Notes: generated from the letters alone by a model not told the origin. A stretch of DNA of 64,000 nucleotides from Octopus sinensis (GCF_006345805.1 NC_042999.1:111910001-111974000); one strand, 5' to 3'. Shown: positions 13,503-27,049, numbered from the stretch's first letter. Program-made: numbers and translations.

Positions 13503-13920
13503 TACAAGGTGTCCATAAAGTTTTTTTTTAAATTTAAAATATATATTACAAAGGCAATTGATAAATTATCTTAATCAGACTTGTTCTATTGTACTCAGTG
13601 GTTTTCGAAGTTTTTTAATCACGTTACATTTTTGTATTTCATGCATCCTGCAGATTAAAGAGGCATTTTTTAAAAATGAACCCCTAAGAAAGGCTACTCT
13701 TCAAGAGAAGGCACAATGTGTATCATGGTTTATTGAGACAAAATCGGATACGCAGACCCAACGAAACTACAGAGCAAAGTATGGCACAAGAAATTTATGG
13801 AGACAGGGACAGTGTTAGATAGAAAGAGGAGTGGACGATCAAGAACATCTGAGGAAAACATTGATCATGTAAGAGAAACCTTTTCTGGTTCTCCCAGAAA
13901 ATCCATCGTACTGCTGCCAG
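13503..13920 (+). pseudogene. Tc1/mariner-superfamily 5' end with N-terminal HTH (rosa/DD41D-like, DUF4817-like)
   Basis: TA-caaggtgtccat end; ATLQEKAQCVSWFIETKSDTQTQRNYRAKYG, then after a frameshifting deletion HKKFMETGTVLDRKRSGRSRTSEENIDHVRETFSGSPRKS. Confidence 0.7.
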
Positions 13921-14945
13921 TATTAGAGGTATAACCAGTTGCAGATTACTTTTAGCAACAAAACCTTATATAGACACCCAAGGGTCATAAAAACCCCGTT
14001 TGGGTACCACTGCTCTAATTACTGCCCTATCTGAGAATTGTTCCATTTAACCTGGAATTGCATCTAGTCTTTGTTTCTCTTCGTCTCAGCCTGTTTCACT
14101 TTGTCTCGTTTCCTGAACTTACAGCGTAATACTGAAACTCTTTCTTCCCACCTCTTAGTATGTTAACTTCAGGACACATCCTCATTCACACCTCATTAGT
14201 ATTGTTATATAACCTTCGTTACTCATATCTCAAATAGATTTAGGAACATGATCGGGATGTACCATTATCTCATCCCCTTACCGGTTGGAATATAGTTTGA
14301 TCCAATATAACCAATAATTTAACATTTCGTGAACTAACAATCTTTGCTTTCCATCATTATTCTTCCTCATTTCAATTCTCAGTTTTCTTTCAATTTTTCG
14401 ATTAAAGTAATTAAATAAATAATTCTATCCCTTCTGAATCACGGGTTTTACTAGCCAGCTAACTTACTAATTAGACCATTGTTCGTTCACTATTTTAACA
14501 CGTTACCATATCATTTAATCAATTCACTCATTCCAACGAAATGTGCGTAGTTTGGGTGTTTATTCTTTTATTGGTTCCTCTCTTTCACTTCCTTTTCACT
14601 GACCACCTTATTTCTCAAACATTGGCATATGGGGTCGAATGTCACTGCTTCCCCATTGATTGGTCTGTCTCTATGCTGTGTCAAGCTATTTTATCTAGCT
14701 TCACTGAAGAAGTTAACCTATAGATTGCTCGCTTATAATATCTTTCATCACCGACACACTGTCTCATGACAGATCTGAGAATTTTATTACCGCGTAACTG
14801 TTTAGCATTTTTATTAATTTAGTTATTGATATTACCGAGACCTTATTGATACTCGTCACTGCGTGCATTGGATTTTTATTACCATCTAATATATATATTG
14901 TTATTGGCTTTTGTACAATAACTTCCGTCAATATCATTATTATTA

Positions 14946-14989
<44 letters not shown>

Positions 14990-15477
14990 TATTATTATTA
15001 TTATTATTATTAGTGTTCCTGTTGTAATTTTTCTGTTTTAATTTTCTGTTTTCATTGTCCCGTTCGTCTCTGCATAAGCAGCACTAATCAACTTTTCTCG
15101 CACACTATGAATAGTAGTACATACCATGGTACTAGTCTGATGATGTGCCATTCTGCCATATTCAACCATTTCTAGATTTATATACATATCATATATTTTG
15201 TCAGGCATCATAATTTTTAGGTTTTATAGTTCGAAATGGTTGGAAAGGGTATGATACTGAAACAATTGTAACTCATTAGTGAGCATTTTTTTAAAGTCTA
15301 GTACTTATCCAAGAGATCTTTTTGAGGTAAAGGAACCAAAACTGGTTTTCAAGCGGGGGAAAAAAACAAATACAAACATACATGTACATACATATGTATG
15401 TATATATAAGTTGATTCGCTAGCTTCTGCACGCATTTTTTTCTCTCCTTGTTTCTCTCCGTGTTTCTTTTCTGTGTA

Positions 15478-15515
15478 TCTTTCTGTTGAAGAGCGTAGGC
15501 TCGAAACGTAAAAGA
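15478..15515 (+). ncRNA. Minimal type I hammerhead-like motif, CUGUUGA core variant
   Basis: UCUUU-CUGUUGA-A-GAGC(GUAG)GCUC-GAAA-CG-UA/AAAGA with a perfect 5-bp stem I. Confidence 0.6.
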
Positions 15516-15619
15516 CTTGTTTTATTTATATTCCTGAGCGCCATACTAATACAATTTTTGTTTGTACTCCACCTGCCTTCGTCTTTTGTTTATTTTCATA
15601 AAGCTTCCCGTTATATATA

Positions 15620-16415
15620 AGTTATACTCCCACGCACGTACACACACACACGCACACACACACATTTACATATATATACAATACACGCACGCACACATAC
15701 ACACGTACAAACACACAAATTCACATACACACCGACACATATACATACACACAATATATACCTACACGCGCACGCACACATACACATACGTACACACATA
15801 TAAGCACAGACACACACATACATACGCACACAAAAAACATGCGCACACATACGCACGCACACACGCAAAAACTCACAACCCCACGGATACACGCATATAC
15901 ATCCATATACGCTTACACACGCACACATACAAACGCACACATACACGCACACACAACAACACGCACATACATACACACACACACAAATGAACCCACACAT
16001 ACATCCCATACACACGGCACACAACCATACATACACGCACACAATTATACATACATATATATATACACACACACGTACGTACAAGCACACACGCACACAT
16101 ACACTAAGTTAAGCACAGTTACTCGCCACACACCCAAACTCTACGCATACACACACTAACACACACATACACACTACAAACAAAACACACACGATACTTA
16201 TACATACACGCACACACACATACCTCTTTGTTTTTGACCGATGATTGGACCCAAAACACCACTCCTTAATTCTTACATACTGACCTGCTACTAGCCACCC
16301 CATACACACATACACACAACACGCACACACATACACACAAACACATGTCATCACTGCACACATACACACACACGAGCACACGCTGACCTCCCCGCACGCA
16401 CACACCCACACACAT
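15620..16415. repeat. Long compound degenerate (CA/CATA/CACG)n microsatellite
   Basis: About 800 bp of near-pure C/A dinucleotide variants; source of several spurious ORFs. Confidence 0.95.
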
Positions 16416-16685
16416 TCCCCCTCTCACTTTCTTTACCATACTGTATTTGATAAACTCTCCTGTCTTTAAAAAACATTATTATTCTTCTACCTTACTACTT
16501 CCGTCTTTCAGTATGTGACCTCGTGAGTACCATCGGCGATTTTTTTTCCTCTGTCTTCCCTTCTCGGGATCTTTCCTTCTCCTATGTTTCCGACGAAGAG
16601 TTCCGCTTCTTTCCTGAGCGTCCAATAATACTTTATTTGTTCCACGTCCTTGCGTTGTTGTGTTTTTTTGTTTTCTTGTTTGGAT

Positions 16686-16735
<50 letters not shown>

Positions 16736-16815
16736 ATATATACGTTATATATATATAAGGTATATATATAAGTTATATATATATAAATATATATATATAT
16801 ATGTGTGTGGGGGGG

Positions 16816-16846
<31 letters not shown>

Positions 16847-17883
16847 AAGTTAGAATGAGTGAATTGATTAAATGATATGGTAACGTGTTAAAATAGTGAA
16901 TGAACAATTAGTAAGTTAGCTAGTTAGTAAAACCCGTGATTCAGATGGGATAGAGTTATTTATTTAATTACTTTAATCGAAAAATTTAAAGAAAACAGAG
17001 AATTGAAATGAGGAAGAATAATGATGGGAAGCAAAAATTGTTAGTTCACGAAATGTTAGATTATTGGTTGTATTAGTTCAAACTATATTCCAACCGGTAA
17101 GGGGAAGAGAATACACAATATATTTTAACAATTCGTTTAATAAAATTTCTTATGCTATTTAATTATAGAGATATAATACTTTATTCTTTTTAACATGGGA
17201 GTCCGATAGAGTAAAATAGGAATCAAATGAGTCTACAGGCAGAGAACTATAGAATTAAAACATTTTCTGACAGTCGAAGAGAGCCGGTATTTATTAGGCA
17301 TATTATACGAAAGTGTATATAACATTCGGTTCAGGAAAATAAAATAAGTAGGCTAAATTCAGGGGATACGGGTGAGTGATAAGAAAATATGGGGGAATAA
17401 ATGGAATCTGGGATTTAGATTACGTCTATAAAACATCTGAAAGGTTGAAATCGGTGCTCTTGGCACTTCCGGTGAACCAAAAAACCAAAAGTGAAAACAC
17501 AATCATGTAACCGATTTCTGGTTACGTCATGTAAGGCACTCGAGAAAAAGGACAATCGTGTGAATCATTAGTGGTTAAGTCACCAATAGATCTCAGATGA
17601 AACCTTACATTTAAATGTTAAGATTAAAAAGAAAAAGTAGAAAGTATAGGTTAAAAAGAAAGATTAGAAAGTAGAGATTAAAAATTTATAATTGAAATGA
17701 TTGAGAACTGGAAGCTAAATTATAATGCGACGTAGAAAGAAAAAAAGAGTGATAAATAGAAGAAAAAATAAGGAAAAATAATTATAAGAGATAAAATAAT
17801 GGAAAATTTTAGGATGAAAAATTGAGGATGAAAAGAAAAAATCAGAAATTAAAAACTTAAAAATCTTTCAAGGCCAAAACATT

Positions 17884-18080
17884 GGCTTCAAACTTTGGTA
17901 CAAGCCAAAAATATTGGGGGAGAGGATCAGTCGATTACATCAACCTCAGTGCTCAACAGGCAATTATCTTATTGAACCTGAAAAGTTGAAAGGCAAGTCG
18001 ATCGCAACTAAATTTGAACTCAAAACGTAAAGACGGACGAAACGCCGCTAAGCATTTTGCCTTTTGTCACCTCGTCACCT
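17884..18080 (-). mobile_element. SINE family A, tail type 2
   Basis: aactttggtacaagcc...ttgggggagagg..agtcgattacatc...gaaaggcaagtcg...tttgaactcaaaacgtaaagacggacgaaa. Confidence 0.7.
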
Positions 18081-18548
18081 TTCTGAGGGCCATAATATTA
18101 AAAAGTCAAAAAGAAAAATTAGATAAATAAAAAATAGAATTGCAATCTCCAACAATATTGGGGAATAAAAGTTCGAGTAGTATCAAGAACACCTCTTAAA
18201 ATTGAAATATTAATTTCTTTTACAAACTCTGAAATCCAAATTTTATTATAAAAATCTAAAATCACCGATTTGTGAAGGGTTCGTAATAAACATGTCAAAA
18301 GAAATATCTGTGGGTTGGCAAGATTACAGTTATTTTAAGTACCTGGTAATGCAATAATTATAAATGCAAGGGTAATAAATGCGCACGGAAACAGTATGGT
18401 TTATAATTATATAAAGTACAACGAAACACAATTGCAAAATACAATGCAATATAAGAATAAAGCAATACAACCATATGAAATATAAGTAATGTAGAATAGG
18501 GTAGAAGGATATGAAATATAAGTATATAAAAATATATTAGAAAAATAT

Positions 18549-18597
<49 letters not shown>

Positions 18598-18598
<1 letters not shown>

Positions 18599-18847
18599 AA
18601 ATACAATTATAATTGGGGGCACAGATGTTTCTGTGCCTATATACTGAAGATAGAAGCTAAATCCGTCTAACTACTCCAAATTATCACTTTATAATTAACA
18701 TATGTTGAAAGCGAGGAAGTAGACTAACAAAAATTCATAAAATAATTCAGACAGTTTTGGATTCACCAATTTCTGGATTAATTTAGCGTCTATCTTCAGC
18801 ATATATAGCCACAGAAGCCTCTGTGCCCACAATTATAATTGTATTTT
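18598..18847. mobile_element. MITE-like fold-back with about 70-bp imperfect inverted ends
   Basis: aaaatacaattataattgggggcacaga...ctgaagatagaagctaaat is mirrored by atttagcgtctatcttcag...tctgtgcccacaattataattgtatttt. Confidence 0.75.
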
Positions 18848-18852
18848 ATACT

Positions 18853-19075
18853 AGGCGCAAAAGTGGCTGTGTGGTAAGTAGCTTGCTTACCAACCACATG
18901 GTTCCCAGTTCAGTCCCACTGCGTGGCACTTTGGACAAATGTCTTCTACTATAGCTTCGGGCCGACCAAAGCCTTGTGAGTGGATTTGGTAGACGGAAAC
19001 TGAAAGAAGCCGGTCGTATATATGTATGTGTGTGTATATGTTTGTGTGTTTGTGTTTGGTCTTACGAAGTCCTGA
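18853..19075 (+). mobile_element. SINE family B, 5' half
   Basis: aggcgcaaaagtggctgtgtggtaagtagcttgcttaccaaccacatggttcccagttcagtcccactgcgtggcactttggacaaatgtc. Confidence 0.85.
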
Positions 19076-19545
19076 CATTACAACGTATGAACATTTCAAA
19101 TTATAAATTACAACCTCTCTGATTTATAGATTGCAGGTTAAGAAGATTTGGTACATGTCGATGTGCTGTTCCAGATGGTGACTTCAACAATACAACTCTA
19201 ATTTCACTCACACTTTTCTCTTTTGGTAGTCTTTTGTTCAATTGGCTTCTTGAATGAATAGACAGGATTATATATAATCTTCTTTTAAATGGAGATGATG
19301 CGGTTCCTATATACTAAGCGGTTTCATTATTAGTGATGGTCAAGCATTTAAAGGTCAGCTTTTGTCTCAGACATTGGCTATGTAAAGGACATTTGGTACA
19401 TTGACCAAAGCAGAGTAGTTATACGTATATGTTTACATACAGAGAAGCCGGCAAACAGACAGACAGACAGAAAGGCAGATAGATTGATAGACAGACAGAC
19501 AGACAGACAGACAGATAGACAGACAAACAGACTAACATGTGTATG

Positions 19546-19603
<58 letters not shown>

Positions 19604-19658
19604 AATACATTATGTGTGAATATATATAATTATATATTTATAAAATACGTACTCATTT

Positions 19659-19960
19659 ACACACATTCACATATATGTATACATACTTAGAATACATACT
19701 CTCACACACATATGTCACCAGTAACCAAAATTCCCTAAAAGCAATTGTAGAAGATACTTGCAGAAGCGAAATGAACTCGGAATCGCATGTTGAAGATTAT
19801 TCCTATGCACATAGGAATAATCTTCAACATGCAATTCCGAGTTCATTTCGCTTCTGCAAGTATCTTCTACAATTGCTTTTAGGGAATTTTGGTTACTGGT
19901 GACATATGTGTGTGAGAGTATGTATTCTATGTATGTATACATATATGTGAATGTGTGTGT
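19659..19960. repeat. Near-perfect 150-bp-arm palindrome (loop CA at 19808-09)
   Basis: Two visible mismatches between the arms. The arm contains SINE-B-like sequence (gcaattgtagaagatacttgc, gaactcggaatcgcatg). Confidence 0.95.
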
Positions 19961-20194
19961 GTATTAAAAATTAATATAAACAGCTAGGCGCAATATAATA
20001 CAATAAAGGAAGAATTTTTATCGCGACTAATTGTGACGCGTAGGTCCAGAAAAGGATGTTGTAAAGAAGTGTCAAAGCACTATTATTGCAAGAAATAAGA
20101 GTTAGAAACTCTTAATACTGTAAGAAGTGCACAATATATATATATATATATATATATTCTGACAGGGGAAAGAACCGCCCTATGAGCATTTTAG

Positions 20195-20249
20195 AACCAC
20201 TAGACTAGACTAGTTTCGCCTATCAGTTGTCGGCTCATCAGTAGTGGCT
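20195..20249 (-). ncRNA. Canonical type I hammerhead ribozyme
   Basis: Minus strand AGCCACUA-CUGAUGA-GCC(11 nt)GGC-GAAA-CUA(GUC)UAG-UC/UAGUGGUU: stem I 8 bp with one G-U, all core nucleotides intact, GUC site predicted between 20203 and 20202. Confidence 0.85.
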
Positions 20250-20468
20250 ACACAAAAGCTCGATTGTTTGGCTAAGTCTGGCTGTGAGTATATATATTTT
20301 TACTATAAAAAATTTATGGCTGATTTAGAGAAATGCTAATGCGTATATCAAAAATTAATATAAATAGCTAGGCGCAATATGAAGGAAACATTTTATCGTC
20401 AATAACTGTGACTGAGATGCCGAAATTCTTTAATACTGTAAGCAGTGCAAAATATATATGCACTGACA

Positions 20469-20513
20469 GTCACTACTGACAAGCCTGCAAATGATAGGCA
20501 AATATGGTCTAGT
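20469..20513 (+). pseudogene. Decayed inverted sister copy of the 20195 hammerhead
   Basis: gtcacta-ctgacaa-gcc...ggc-aaatatggtc-tagt, with the core mutated. Confidence 0.6.
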
Positions 20514-21098
20514 AAAGTTATCTTAGAGACGCTCATGGGGTGGTTATCTCCCTTGTCCGTCGGCAATGAGGGTCATCTCGCGCCGGTATATATTGTTTTT
20601 AAGAAAACTCTTTGAAAAGACATTACCTAAGACCAATTTCACTGTATTAAGCCTTCAATTTAACAGTTTCATAGATGTACGTTTCATAGATGTACGTTTC
20701 ATAGATGTGTGATACACTGTTCATGGGGACTAATCTTTTGCACACGCCAGTAAATAGTATACGAAAATATTCGTGCGATGGGAGGATTTCATATAGTGTG
20801 TAGAGGAGATGAATCGTTTGAAAGAAAGAAACGTTATTATAAATCTTTTAAGTGCTTTTCACTCCAACACGAATATACCTGTAAATATCTGAATTCACAA
20901 ACATAGAAATACCCACCAATATATGTGTGCATGTGAGAACATCTATGCATATGTGTATAAGCACGTGTGGATGTGTGTGTGTGTGTATATATATATAATT
21001 ATATATTATACACACATACATGTGCATGTATGTTTGTGTCTGCACGTTTGTGCTCATTACACATATATGTACGTTTATATATGTGTGTGTGTGTGTGG

Positions 21099-21146
<48 letters not shown>

Positions 21147-21149
21147 TGT

Positions 21150-21460
21150 TTGAAAGTTTGAAAACGCTCCTGAATCTCAAAATTTATAGTCGTTTTTAAA
21201 TTTTGCTATAGATTTATTCAAATATCAAACCGGTTTCGATAATCAATGGTAAAAAATGAATAAATAAATAGATTGATAAATGAGAGATTTAGGAGAGTTT
21301 AAATTTACAAGGCTAAATTCAGAAAAACATGTTTCAATGATCAAATGTTCAATGTTCATAAAGATTTCAAAGATATTTCACAGATAGACGGTAATATATA
21401 TTTAAATGTTCAGTGGAGATCATAACAAACATACATGGTGAAAATTCAGCCATATTGAAA
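21150..21460. repeat. Interspersed repeat homologous to 4490-4790
   Basis: See the 4490 feature. The minus strand has a decayed atgaacattg...gaaacatgtt hammerhead-like remnant near 21325-21365. Confidence 0.6.
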
Positions 21461-22621
21461 GTTTATAATAGTAAAAAGGAGAAAAGGACAAAAAAGGAAA
21501 GACAATTTCTCTCGTCGTGCATGAAGGTGTCCTTCGTCAATTTCTGTTGTAGTTTATGAAATCTTATCCTCCCTGGTCGCTGGTTTAGAGTTCGAAATGT
21601 TTTAAGTTGAAATTGTCTAATGTATACATGTTTTCACGGGAAAGGATCAAATTTTGAGTGGCTGTAAATTTGATGACGTCATTTGTTTTTCTCGTGGATG
21701 TTTTGGTCAAATATTTTTATTTTTGGCAAAGTTCTGCTTTCTGGTTGGTTGCTTCCTAGTAACGTCGGCTCTTTGTTTATTTGTCTAAATCTCATTGATT
21801 TAGTCTGGAGTAACGTTAGCAGCTTGTGTTTGTTAAGGTGTAAGGTGTTATTATTGTACAGTAGTTTGGAGTTTGGGGTTTCAAATCCCCGAGGAAACCT
21901 ATTACTTAAACTTTTGATTTATATTCCGTTGTCTCTGGTTAATTATCGTGAATAAATTGGATTTTCTCATTCTGCTGTGTTATTATAGAATATTTAGTTG
22001 TGGTATATCTCTTTTAATATAAAGTCATTCTAGACTAAATGAAAAATTTTCTGGTGAAAACCGGACCCTCGTAAAAAAACAAATAAACATCGAACCGCCT
22101 GAAGCGAATCAACGAGCCAGAAAGCGAATTGACCATCAGCCAAAAACAGGTTACCAAGTCCTTAGACAACAACAAAACGACGCAAGCACAAAAAATCAAC
22201 CAGTCAGAGCAACGAGTACTGGACCCCTACTGGTCAACAAGGAGCGAAAATGTTCGACAAACAAATGACTTCACAAGACAGTCAACCAACTAGATCGCTA
22301 AACTTCGCCAAAACAAAAATGACCAAAAGAAATGACTCAATTTACAACTAATCAGAACTTGATCTTTTACCGAGAAAATTGATTTCAATCCTAAGCTACT
22401 ATTTTATCAATCTCTCAATGACGAAGGGGCGACTTGACCTATTTCAACTCAAAATGCAAAGAGTCAGAGTGAATGCTGGAAAGCCTTGTTTTCGATTACG
22501 TAACGATTCGCTACTAGTTCGCTACAATGTTGTTTGTTATGTATGTGTATGCTTCTATCCGTTAGTGTATATTTTTTTTAGTATTTTAATATATAGCTGT
22601 ATGAGTATACATGTATGTATA

Positions 22622-22694
<73 letters not shown>

Positions 22695-22700
22695 GTATAT

Positions 22701-22769
<69 letters not shown>

Positions 22770-23806
22770 GACTGTGTCACGATATGACTGCTTTGCTGTT
22801 TTGCATATAGCTATTGATGTATATTCTGGTGTTGCAAGATATTGGTTGCCATGCGTAGTTACTACAGAAAAGGGGTGACTCTAATTTTATTAGTAGTTAC
22901 GTACAAATCATTATATAGGAAAAGTAAAGAGAATAATATAGAAAAGAAATATAGTAAAGGAAAAAGAAATATGTGTTTACTCGGGTTTTGTGTTTTAGCT
23001 ATTAGGATATATATATATATCAGAGATAATGGTGTTATTGAGACCCAAAGGTGTCAGGTAATGCTGAATAAGTGCTATAGACAGACCATAGTTAAGTTCC
23101 AGATTCGGTAATATTACGAATAAAGAGTTCAACGTTGTTTCTATGTCAGCGTGTGTATATAAGAATTTTTTACGTAATAAGATAGAAAAACCAAGGCTGC
23201 ATAGATATTAGAGCATTTATAGCTAGAAGGTCTTACAGCTGTTTCTAGGATATTAATTAATAATATCCCTTATATATATATATCAACGCTTTCTGCGAAG
23301 GTATTTATTATTTATAATAAGGTCACTCTAACTGTTATTAATTAGGCGTGAAATACTGTTTGAACTTAAATTTAAAATGTAAATGAAATGTTTGTTGTAT
23401 TAGGATTTCATGCTACTTCTATTAGGATGTCGTTAAGTAGGTGCGCATGCATGTGACATCATGAAGAGATGAATTCAATGTGCCTATTCGACGTTTTAGT
23501 TTGATGTCTCAAAATTAATAATTATCCCAAAGTGCAAAGAATTAACGTTAGGTTGTTTGAATTGTTATCTATCTATAAAAGGGAATTATTAAGTTAAATG
23601 CACAGTCGGAATCTTTTGTTAATATGGTTAATGATTACATCTAAGTAATTTACTATTTTAAGGTTCCTACTTAATATATTAAATTTCTTGAACAGTATGG
23701 TTACGTTTTTTCTGAACTCATCTGCTTGCTGTGCTACTCGATAACATCAAGGAATTGTCTCGTTCTGGTTGAATAAATCCTACAGGCACTGGCGAGCATG
23801 AACGAG

Positions 23807-23927
23807 TCTTGTTTATAGATATTCCTCGGAAGAATATTAATCTGACGATAAACAGTTGACTGCATGCATATTTTTCTAATACACACGCACACATAAATAA
23901 TATATATATATGTATCTATCTATTTGG

Positions 23928-23981
<54 letters not shown>

Positions 23982-24025
23982 CTAGCTAGTTGTAAAATCT
24001 CAAGAACAGATGTGGCGACTGACTA

Positions 24026-24078
<53 letters not shown>

Positions 24079-24198
24079 CCAAATAGATAGATACAATATA
24101 TATATTATTTATGTGTGCGTGTGTATTAGAAAAATATGCATGCAGTCAACTGTTTATCGTCAGATTAATATTCTTCCGAGGAATATCTATAAACAAGA
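23807..24198. repeat. Inverted duplication with about 170-bp arms that include (TA)n, spacer about 55 bp
   Basis: tcttgtttatagatattcctcggaag...atttggttatata is mirrored by tatataaccaaat...cttccgaggaatatctataaacaaga. Confidence 0.9.
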
Positions 24199-24535
24199 TA
24201 TATATACATATATATATGAAGTAAAGTCTATATATATAATGTAAAGTCAGTCGGTACATCTCTTCTTTAGATAATAACATATATTCTCCTATTTGAAGTG
24301 ACAACTTTTAAATACAAGCAAATGATCGAAAAATGATAAGCTAACCTTAACCAGAATCGAACCCACAAATCAACGCTTACATATCTCTTTGCGCATCCGA
24401 GTGGGCCAAACGCTCACCCAGCAATTTCGGCCAAATTTAATTAATATATACTTAAAACTGTCTAATACTACTTATATATTTGTAAACAAACCAGAAAGGC
24501 TTTGTAAGTTACGGAGCGAAAGCTACTATGAAAGA

Positions 24536-24590
<55 letters not shown>

Positions 24591-24726
24591 TGAGTGTGTG
24601 TGTGAGAGAGAGAGTGAGAGAGAACAAATGAAAGACGGAAGATGGAATATATATATGTATATATATAAATACATACATATATATACATACATACATACAT
24701 ATATATATACATATATATACATACAC

Positions 24727-24792
<66 letters not shown>

Positions 24793-25319
24793 CTTGCTGG
24801 CCTCGAGACACGGTGTTTCGTTATGCAACCATAATATCATAATATTCTACCAAGTACATTAAAGACTTAGCTGTGCAATTCAATCACTTTTTAGAGTTAT
24901 CTCTACAGACTCTCCATAGAAACTAGAACCATCACTTAAACTTGCGATGATTTGTATACGAATACGTCTATGTAAACAATGCTATCGAAGTTAGAAAAAT
25001 CGGTAATGGAATGTACATGCATATTTCAGTGGTCGTTACTCCTTTTTCAGCACCACGTCCAATCCATTAACCATCAAGTAATACATTGCTTAAAGAGCCA
25101 CCAAATGTATGAAGTCATTGACACGTTTTCCTTTTCATGCCTACTATATCTAAAATATCATTATCCAACGTGCTGTCATTTTTAAAGATAACAGATAACA
25201 GAGTATGATGTAAATGGAGACTTGGCTTTTTTTATAGGTTGAACATTTTGATAATTTGATCGCTCATTCTCATCAGACGATGTTAGCAGAAAAAAAGGTG
25301 TTATGTTTATTGCTGATTA

Positions 25320-25735
25320 GTCTTTACTCTTTACTCTTTTACTTGTTTCAGTCATTTGACTGTGGCCATACTGGGGTACCGCCTTTAGTCGAGCTAATCG
25401 ACCCCAGGACTTATTCTCTGTAAGCCTAGTACTTATTCTATCGGTCTCTTTTGCCGAACCGCTAAGTTACAGGAACGTAAACACACCAGCATCGGTTGTC
25501 AAGCGATGTTGGGGGGACAAACACAGACAAACAAACACACACGCACACATATATGTACATATACATATATTCGACGGGCTTGTTTCAGTTTCCGTCTATC
25601 AAATCCACTCACAAGGTTTTGGTCGGCTCGAGGCTATAGTAGAAGACACTTGCCCAAGGTGCCACGCAGTGGGACTGAACCCGGAACCATGTAGTTCGTA
25701 AGCAAGCTACTTACCACACAGCCACTCCTACGCCT
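25320..25735 (-). mobile_element. SINE family B, full length
   Basis: Minus strand head aggcgtaggagtggctgtgtgg, B-box-like gggttcagtcc, gcaccttgggcaagtgtc, internal microsatellite, tail aaacaagtaaaagagtaaagagtaaaga. Confidence 0.9.
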
Positions 25736-27039
25736 AAAGAGTACCGCAGGGTTCGCCACTACCACCACCCCTGCCGGAGTCTCGTGGTGCTTTAGATGTT
25801 TTCGCTCAATAAACACCCACAACGCCCGGTCTGGGAATCGAAACCGCGATCCTACGACCGCATGTCCGCTCTCCTAACCACTGGGCCATTCTTCATTTTA
25901 TCTCTTTAATTAAACCCTATACAAAATTATTCACATTTCGACCCACAAGAAATTGCAACCAAATCTCGCACAAAATACAACATTCTCTCTTTAAAGAGGA
26001 ATCATACATTGGATAATCATAAGAACCAACTATCATCCACAAACAAGTATATCTTAGTAATAATGTACTTACATTCATTTATAAGTCAATACAATCACAA
26101 GTAGATATAGACACCCACTCGAGGCTATCACTCTTTGACTCGGCGAAACATTTAGGGTTCAAGCAACTGGAAAGAGAGGAAGGAGAGTGAGGAGAGTGGG
26201 GAGCGAGTGAGGAGTGAGATAGATATACTAGCACTCGGCTTTTACTCTGGCACAACATGAAATGAAGTGCCTTGCTCACTAACAATCTCGCCATCCTAAA
26301 TACATTACATGTAGGACTGAATGTAAAAATGTAATTGTTACGCTTGAAACGTCATTGAACATAGGTTTGTATGATCAGAAAAACCATGGGGAACCAAAGA
26401 ACAAGTGTTTTTAAAATGTTAGGCTGAAATATTTTATTTCCTCGAATGTAAAGGGAGTAGAATTTTCCTCAATCCATCTTCCCTTAATATGGCATCAAAG
26501 AGAGGATAGGGGTGGTTGACAACCTGTACAGGACCACCAAGAGAGGAATGTTAATTTCGACATGTAATAACATACAGGAAAGAAAATAATACCTCCAAAA
26601 CAAACTTAAATACCAAGTGATAAAAAAGTGATTATGAGGGGGGGGTGAAGGGATAGGGTGGGAATAAAGAGCAGAAGTATGGGGGTAAAATTATTAACTG
26701 TACTTAGCTAATTAGAAAACAGTAATTAAAAAAAGTTTCAATTTGTTGAGAGAACCATCGGGCATTTTTGGGTACGTTCTCATTATGGTGACGCGTGAAT
26801 GTTACAATTTTCCTTGTTGAGTTGAAGTTAGTTAATTTCTAATACGCCGTACTCACCTGAACAGGGGTCAAAGTAGTTATTTAATTGGAGAACTGTTCTG
26901 AAGACAGGTGGTTAATTATCAATCCATCGGAAATAGTAATAAACGGAAAGGTTATCACTCATTCTTGATTGGCCTCAGTGAAAGCAAATTCATACCTACG
27001 TCTTCTTGCGTACTACTACTACCACCACCATCACTATCA

Positions 27040-27049
27040 CCAGATCACT

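Larger units (their letters stand above)
14268..17110. repeat. About 270-bp inverted repeat pair (14268-14537 / 16849-17110) around a 2.3-kb spacer
   Basis: ccccttaccggttggaatatagtttga...ttaacacgttaccatatcatttaatcaattcactcattc occurs in reverse complement at 16849-17110 with scattered substitutions. Confidence 0.85.
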
